Notes under the pieces: generated by a model
What the model was told of the DNA's origin: nothing
Databases searched by the model: none
What the model saw: the letters and a program-made list of their open reading frames with translations, nothing else
Shown: positions 57,640-64,000 of the stretch, piece by piece
Layout: each line of letters starts with the position of its first letter
Position numbering within the stretch: the first letter of the stretch is position 1
Translations under genes and position numbers: made by a program
Assembly: GCF_000143415.4 (NCBI RefSeq)
Contig: NW_003314262.1
Location: forward strand, 2,053,046-2,117,045
Length of the DNA stretch: 64,000 bases
Direction: 5' to 3'
DNA from: Selaginella moellendorffii
Lineage: Eukaryota; Plantae; Lycopodiophyta

Positions 57640-60269
57640 GTTGCAGGGTGCTCCAAATGTATAGTAGGGAGTGTGTGGGGGTTGGACTCCAGTGGAACCA
57701 ATTTGGCAAGGAAAGGCTAATATGACTTAAGAAGGCTATATTTATGTAGTGGGTGATGATATAACCACTAAGGAGTCCAAGGCTAGAATGAACATAAACA
57801 GACAAATGGGTATCTTGGTGAAGTGTTTAAGAGTTGGTTTTAACTCCTTTGAAGATTGGATAGTCGATGCTCCCAATTCAGATATGTGTGGCACTACTTA
57901 CTTCGATACTTGGCATGGCTCATTGGAACCTTGCTCTAGTCACTTGGCTAGGGCACCAAGAGGCGAAAGGCGGGGGGAATATCCACAAGGCTCATGTAAG
58001 GTTATGGTGTTTTGAAATATGTTCCAAAGTCCCAAACTATGGAAAGGAAGAGAAGATATGGTCACTTGGTGAGGAAGTCCTAAATGTCAATGGGACTTAA
58101 TGGTCAGGCCTTTGGGCCCTAACCCAGTGGCAGTATTGGCAAGTACTGCTTGTGAGACACAAAATCCCTAGGCCCCAAAATAGAGCCGAAAGGCTGCCAT
58201 GCGGTAGTGGCCGAAGCGAAAGCCAAATGAGTATAACACATTTGGACTAAAAGCTCCGACTTGAAAGGTTGAGAGCGGGAGTGAAACTCCCAACGACGTG
58301 CTCAAGGAACAAGCACGGAGCAAGCAATAAGTGAGTCTCTAAAAAAGGGGACACAAGAGGACCTGAGATGGACCCGAGTTGGAGTCCGAGATGGAGTCCG
58401 AGATGGACCGAGATGGAGTCCGAGATGGAGTCCGAGATGGACCGAGATGGAGTTCGAGATGGACCTGAGTTGGAGTATGAAATGGACCCAAGATGGAGTC
58501 TGAGATAGAGTTCGATATGGACCGAGATGGAGTCCGAGATGGACCTGAGATGGAATCCGAGATGGAGTCCGAGAAGGACCCAAGATGGAGTCCAAAGTGG
58601 AGACCGAGACCGAGACCGAGACTGAGACCGAGACCGAGACCGAGACCGGGACCGGGACCGAGACCGAGACCCGGACTGGGACCAAGATCGAGACCGAGGC
58701 CGAGGCCAAGACCGAGACTGAGGCCGAGGCCAAGACCGAGCCCAAGCCCGAGTCTAAGTCCAAGTTCAAGTCCAAGTCCGAGTCTGAGTCCGAGTCTAAG
58801 AGGGTGAAAGCCCAAAGTGTTCGTCTCCCAGACCCTGGGGGGTTTGGTGAGCCCCAAAAGTATATGACTATAGTGGAGCCAGTTGGCCAGGAAAGGCCAG
58901 TTNNNNNNNNNNNNNNNNNNNNNNNNNNNNNNNNNNNNNNNNNNNNNNNNNNNNNNNNNNNNNNNNNNNNNNNNNNNNNNNNNNNNNNNNNNNNNNNNNN
59001 NNACCCAGTGTTGGGTGATGAGCTGCCCACTGGGAAGTCCAAGACTAGAGTGAACACAGACCGACAAGCGGGGTAGCTTGGTGATGTGTTCAAGAGCCGG
59101 CTCTAGTTCCCCCGGGAGATCGATTGGCCGATGCTCCCAATCCAAGTTTGGGTGGCATTGCCTACTTGGATACCAGGCGTGGCTCAACAAAACCTCGCTC
59201 TAAGCCCATGGCTAAAGCACCCAAAGGCAGAAGGCATGGCGAGTACCTAGGAGGCCCGCGTAGGGCCACGGTGTTTTGAAATGTTGTCCCAAAGTCTCAA
59301 GCTGGGGAAAGGAAGAGGAGTAGCCCTCTGGTGCAGTGATCAAGGACATAGTCACACAGTGAGGAAGTCCCAGAGGACCATGGGACTTAGTGGTCGGGCC
59401 TATGGGCCTTGATCTAGTGGCAGCGTTGGTGAACATGGCCATGGACAGAAAGGGACTTGGTGAGGACTGGAAAGGAGATATTGGGGAAGGCTATCCCCAT
59501 ATCTGCGGGCATCCTTAGGATGCTAAGGAGTGAATCTGGGGTGACCACTCATGGACGGAAAGCCTAGTCTTGGAGAGACAGGGTTGCGATGCAAGTGGTG
59601 TTGGACCACTGATGTGACCAAGGTGAATGGGCATGGCCTAGCGTAACAGACTGGTATGTTGGTGGTACCTTGGGTGTCGGTCATGGGATTGGACACGTGG
59701 AGCACTTGGACCAAGTGCAAAGGCTAAGTGGTGGGGATGCCATTCTTGGGGCTAGCAAGCCCAAGTCCGAAATAGGACTTATGGAGGTTGTGAGTGAGAC
59801 TCCTCCAAGTGGTTAGAAGTGTGCTTAAATGACTAAAGTAGAATGGAAAAATTAATCACTTACACTACTGTGGATAGAGAGGAATTTGGTGGGGACCAAG
59901 GAAGGGATATTACGGAAGGGTGTTCTCCATATCTCTAAGCATCAAAATGATACTAACATATGGTCATGGGATGACCACTAATGGATGAGTCTTTGGGAGA
60001 TGGAATTATGGTATAAATGGTTTTGAACTATTAATGAGATTAGCATAATGGGTTGATATATTTGTGGTTCCTTTGGGTATCTATTGTGGGATTAAATATA
60101 TGAAATACTTGGACCAAGTGCAAAGACTAAGTGGTATAAGGGTCATTCTTGAGGCTAGCAAGTCCCCAAATCAGGAATGAGACTTATAGAGGTTATGAGC
60201 AAGACTCTTTCAAATGGTTAAATATATGCTTAAGTGATTAAAGTAGAATGGAAAATTTAGTCGCTTACA
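57640..60269 (-). mobile_element. Older LTR of the microsatellite-containing family, split by a younger same-family insertion
   Basis: 57740-58150 and 59870-60269 are colinear with 59010-59864; ends …GAATGGAAAATTTAGTCGCTTACA; strand is relative only. Confidence 0.72.
58151..59864 (-). mobile_element. Solo LTR (~1.7 kb) with internal (GAGATGGAGTCC/GAGATGGACC)n and (GAGACC)n arrays and a 5-bp TSD
   Basis: TGTGAGAC…CACTTACA termini; flanks CTGCT / CTACT; contains N gap 58903-59002; strand is relative only. Confidence 0.82.
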
Positions 60270-60630
60270 TCTACATGTTCAGCAGACTTTGCTTGGATAA
60301 ATAGAAGAATGCTCATTACATATTAATCCTAGGATCTAGCATCGGCAGTTTATGGCAATTGTGAAGGTAGTATCAGATCATAACCATATAGGAGTTTATA
60401 TAGTGAAGCACCAATAGAATTTTGTACCCCTATAACATATATATATAGAAAAGACAGGGAATAACCATCCTCAATTTGAATGCTGAAAGCTAATATACTT
60501 CATAATTATCCTTTTGAAGGTTCGAATAAGCCATTCCACCAAACCATCTATCTATGGATGATAAACACTAATGAAAGTATGGCATATCCCCAGCCAAGAC
60601 ACTAAAACATAAATTGCCTCAAATATAAAT

Positions 60631-62315
60631 TGCAAACGACTAATTTTTCCATTTTACTTTAGTTACTTAACTACATCTTCGACCACTTGGAAGAGTATCA
60701 CTTACAATCTCCATAAGTCCTATTCCAGACTTGGGGTTTGCTAGCCCCGAAAATGGCATCCATGCCACTCAACCTTTACACTTGGTCCAAGTGCTTCACC
60801 TGTTCGATCCCATGACCAACACCTAAAGGTACCACCAACATATTAACCTATTATTTTAAAGCCATGCCCATTCACCTTTATCACATCGGTGATCTAACAC
60901 CACCTACATCAAAGTCCCATCTCTCAAAGACTAAATCATCCATCCACAAGTGGTCATCTATTGACTATGGTTAAAATGCCCAGAGACATGGGGAACACCC
61001 TTCCCCAATGTCCCTTCTTCCATCCCTACCAAATCCCTTTTCATCCATGGCCATATTTGCCAACCCGCCACTGGATCAAGGCACAAAGGCCCGACCACTA
61101 AGTCCTATTGTCCTTTAGGACTTCCTCATCATGTGACCATATCCTTGGTCACTACATTAGAAGATTGTTCCTCTTCTTTTCTATAGTCTGGGATTTTTGG
61201 ATGACATTTTGAAACACCGTGGCTCTACGTAAGCTCCTCTAAGAGACCGAATGGTCAATATTCCCAATCTAAATGTGGGTGTCACTATCTACTTGGATAC
61301 TTGGTGTAGCTCATTGGAACCTCGCTCTAACCACATGGCTAAGGCACCTAAAGGTGGAAAGTGAGGAGAGTACCCATGAGGCTTAGAGCTAGCTCTTGAA
61401 CACTTCACCAAGCTACCTTGCTTGTTTGTCCGTATTCACTCTAGCCTTGGACTCCTCAGTGGTTTTATCATCACCCATCACGTGGGTATAACTTTCCTTG
61501 GTCACACTGGCCTTTCCTGGCCAAATTGGCTCGACTGAAGTCCTCCCCCTATTATACTTTTGAAGCTCACCAAACCCTCTAGGGTCTGGGAGATGAATGC
61601 TTTGGGCTTTCACCATCAGACTCAGACTCGGACTCAAACTCGGACTCGAACTCGGTCTCAGTCTCGGTCTTAGGTCCATCCCAGACTCCATCTTGGACTC
61701 CATCTCAGGTCCATCTCGGGTCCATTTCAAACTCCATCTCGGACTCCATCTTAGGTCCATCTCATACTCCATCTCGGATTCCATCTCAGGTCCATCTCAA
61801 ACTCCATCTTGGTCCATCTCAGACTCCATCTCGGTCCATCTCGGACCCTATCTCGGGTCCATCTTGGACTGCATCTCAGACTCTATCTCGGGTCCATCTC
61901 AAACTCCATCTCGGTCCATCTCAGACTCCATCTCGGTCCATCTCGGACTCCATCTTGAGTTCATATTGGACTCCATTTTAGACTCCATCTTAGACTCCAT
62001 CTCTGTCCATCTTAGAGTACATCTTTGGGTCCATCTCAGACTCTATCTTGGGTCCATCTTAGTCCATCTTGAACTCATCTCGGACTCCACTACATGTTAT
62101 GTGTTGGTCCTTTTATGTCCCTTTTCTATAGACTCTCTTATTACTTGCTTTGTGCTCATTCCTTGAGCACTCAATTAGGAGTTCCACTCTCGCTCTCAAC
62201 TCTTCAAGTGAAAGCTTTTAGTCTAAACGTGTTATGCTCTTTAGCTTCCGCTTTAGCCATTACTATATGGCACCCTTTCAGCTCCTCTTTAGGGCTTAGG
62301 GATTTGTTTCTCACA
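60631..62315 (+). mobile_element. LTR of the same family in opposite orientation
   Basis: TGCAAACGACTAATTTTTCC…GATTTGTTTCTCACA is the reverse complement of 58151-59864, including the (GACTCCATCTC)n array at 61620-62090; no TSD seen. Confidence 0.82.
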
Positions 62316-62441
62316 ACTCCACCACCTATAAGCAAAGTTCAATGTCCTTATTGAACAGTAAACATTTTTATAAAGTAACTCTATCAAGTTTGTCAATAGG
62401 TATTAGGTTTTGTAAACTTTTTAAGTTGTTAACTATGACTC

Positions 62442-62730
62442 TGCGGGCATCCCCCACACTTGGTAGTGTGCCCAAGTCAGCCCTTTTGGCCAACAATCCA
62501 TAGCAACTGTGATTGGATATCCCCATCTCATTCACCACGTCCTTAGTGCTACTTGCACCAAAGTGTTCAAGTTAGATATGCTTAGCTTTCACACTAAGTA
62601 ATCTAATTGTGCATCACTACTCCGGGGCATCCCCACTTGGCAGTATGCCCAAACCAGTTTCCTTATTGAGAGTCCATAACCACCGAAATATGAGTGTCCT
62701 TATATTCCAAACTATAACCATGCCTTAGTG
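62442..62730. repeat. Two degenerate direct repeats, ~180-bp period
   Basis: GGGCATCCCCCACACTTGGTAGTGTGCCCAA (~62445) and GGGCATCCCCACTTGGCAGTATGCCCAA (~62625). Confidence 0.6.
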
Positions 62731-63099
62731 AGTTGGGACTTGAACCCAAGCACTAAAGGGTTGAGACTCAAACCCAACCTCCATATATGCATCTATGGAT
62801 GGCTGAATATGTATGTACATTCCCCATGTCCCAATGGGACTAATACAAAAATTAGGCATGCCACCCTCTCAATGAGCTACTCTACATGATCCTCTTGTGT
62901 TGCAACTAGACCTAGTCCTGGAGTAGAAGTGGACGTTGTCGTCCCAACCGAATCGTGTCAATATCCAAGTCTCCCCCACGAGCTGAACGTAGAACAAAGT
63001 TCGAGGGGCACCACTACCAATGAATCTCACCACCTACCATTCTACTGAAGCATGGGAGCCACCAGGACCTCCACTCCTCGAGTTGTCTTGGTTTTTCCT

Positions 63100-64000
63100 G
63101 CTCTTTCAGGATGGTGTACTGAAGACGCACCACTACAAGAGTGAGTCTCCACCACAATGCCACCACTGCTGATATTGTCGCTTGTTGCCCATCAAAGCAA
63201 AAATGGTTTCATGCCTCCCAAAGTGCTTGCACTCTAGTCGCTCTCCAGATGGACCAGCACTCATGGCCAATTGCCTCCCAGATTGACATCCCAACTTCAG
63301 CCCCTGTTACATCCCACTAGACTCGCATGTTCCATCTGTGTCATCCAAGATGATGAATGCACCTCCACGCTGGACCAATAGCTGGACCTCTAGCTCCCTC
63401 GAACCAGTGGAGGATATTCCTGCTCGGAGCCTCAAACTCTGGGATGTCTCCTAATCCAGCATTGCCTTGAAGATCTATTACCATACCTCTCTTGCCACAT
63501 CGCATTCCCAATGTGCATGTCGCACTGTCTCTAGCTCGCCACACTCTTTGCATCGTCGGTATACGTCCTCCTGAAACCGCTATCCTACTGGCAGCCCGTT
63601 GCTTGCCACCAACCAAGAGGTGGCCTTGACTTTCTCTGGTACCAGTAGTTTCCAAAACGCAAGCATGTTGTCCACCACTTGATTTGCTTCAACTCCTTGC
63701 TCAATCCATTTCTTCCAGAGCTTGGGGATCTCCCCTCGGGCCTCCTCCCTGTTGATCAAGAGACCATCCCATGCTTCCTTGACTTCAAATGAGAAGAAGC
63801 TCTTCGCTCCTTGTTTCCATGCTGCTGGGTCCCAATCCAGATCCTTGATGAGTTGCTGTCGCCACCATCTAAGAATGCCTTCCCTCTCTAGTGTGGCCAT
63901 CGATTGAACCAACAGAAACTACCTTGGAGCTTGTCGTACTACTCGAATCCTGCCTTTGACTTCGTCATCCGTCACCATTGGCATAACCTGTTCGTCTCCT
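63100..64000 (-). mobile_element. Non-LTR retrotransposon (L1/Tx1-like LINE) ORF2 3' remnant with zf-RVT region
   Basis: FWKLLVPEKVKATSWLVASNGLPVG*…CKECGELETVRHAHWECDVAREVW is the typical LINE zinc-binding CxxC…E…H…C…W motif; in-frame stop. Confidence 0.82.

Noticed and set aside
58302-59190. Long ORFs encoding poly-(ET), (RP), (GL) and (SV) dipeptides, also at 61413-62166
   Set aside because: Artefacts of stop-free hexamer microsatellites inside LTRs, partly spanning N gaps

Overview
Eukaryotic land-plant nuclear DNA, most likely the lycophyte Selaginella. This is inferred from the very short introns (~50-75 bp), intergenic gaps of only 100-200 bp, intronless PLS-PPR genes and an XIP aquaporin. 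A dense gene island (~6.9-44.0 kb) lies between AT-rich, heavily mutated transposon graveyards (1-6.8 kb and 44.1-64 kb, with three 100-N assembly gaps). Recognisable genes: ARF-related GTPase (ARLB1/ARFRP1), SDH6, two PLS-E PPRs, a FAF-domain protein, ALBA, an ATI1-like ATG8 receptor, PUS10, a P-class PPR, complex I B14/NDUFA6, a YODA-like MAPKKK, ALS3/STAR2, DUF538, a group 3 LEA with an ABRE cluster, a germin-like (GLP) cluster with one intact gene and several pseudogenes, tRNA-Glu(UUC) and an XIP aquaporin. The most unusual structure is a 2.5-kb mosaic (36.2-38.7 kb) of deleted fragments of neighbouring genes. It includes a copy of the 5' end of the downstream PPR gene split into four blocks of alternating orientation, with a near-clean central inversion. 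Other oddities are a repeated tRNA-Glu + GLP unit, an XIP with two possible N-terminal reading frames, an intact AT-rich orphan secreted-protein ORF inside the TE region, and a short-LTR Gypsy element with a 4-bp TSD. All alignments and exon boundaries were read by eye; no database searches were run.
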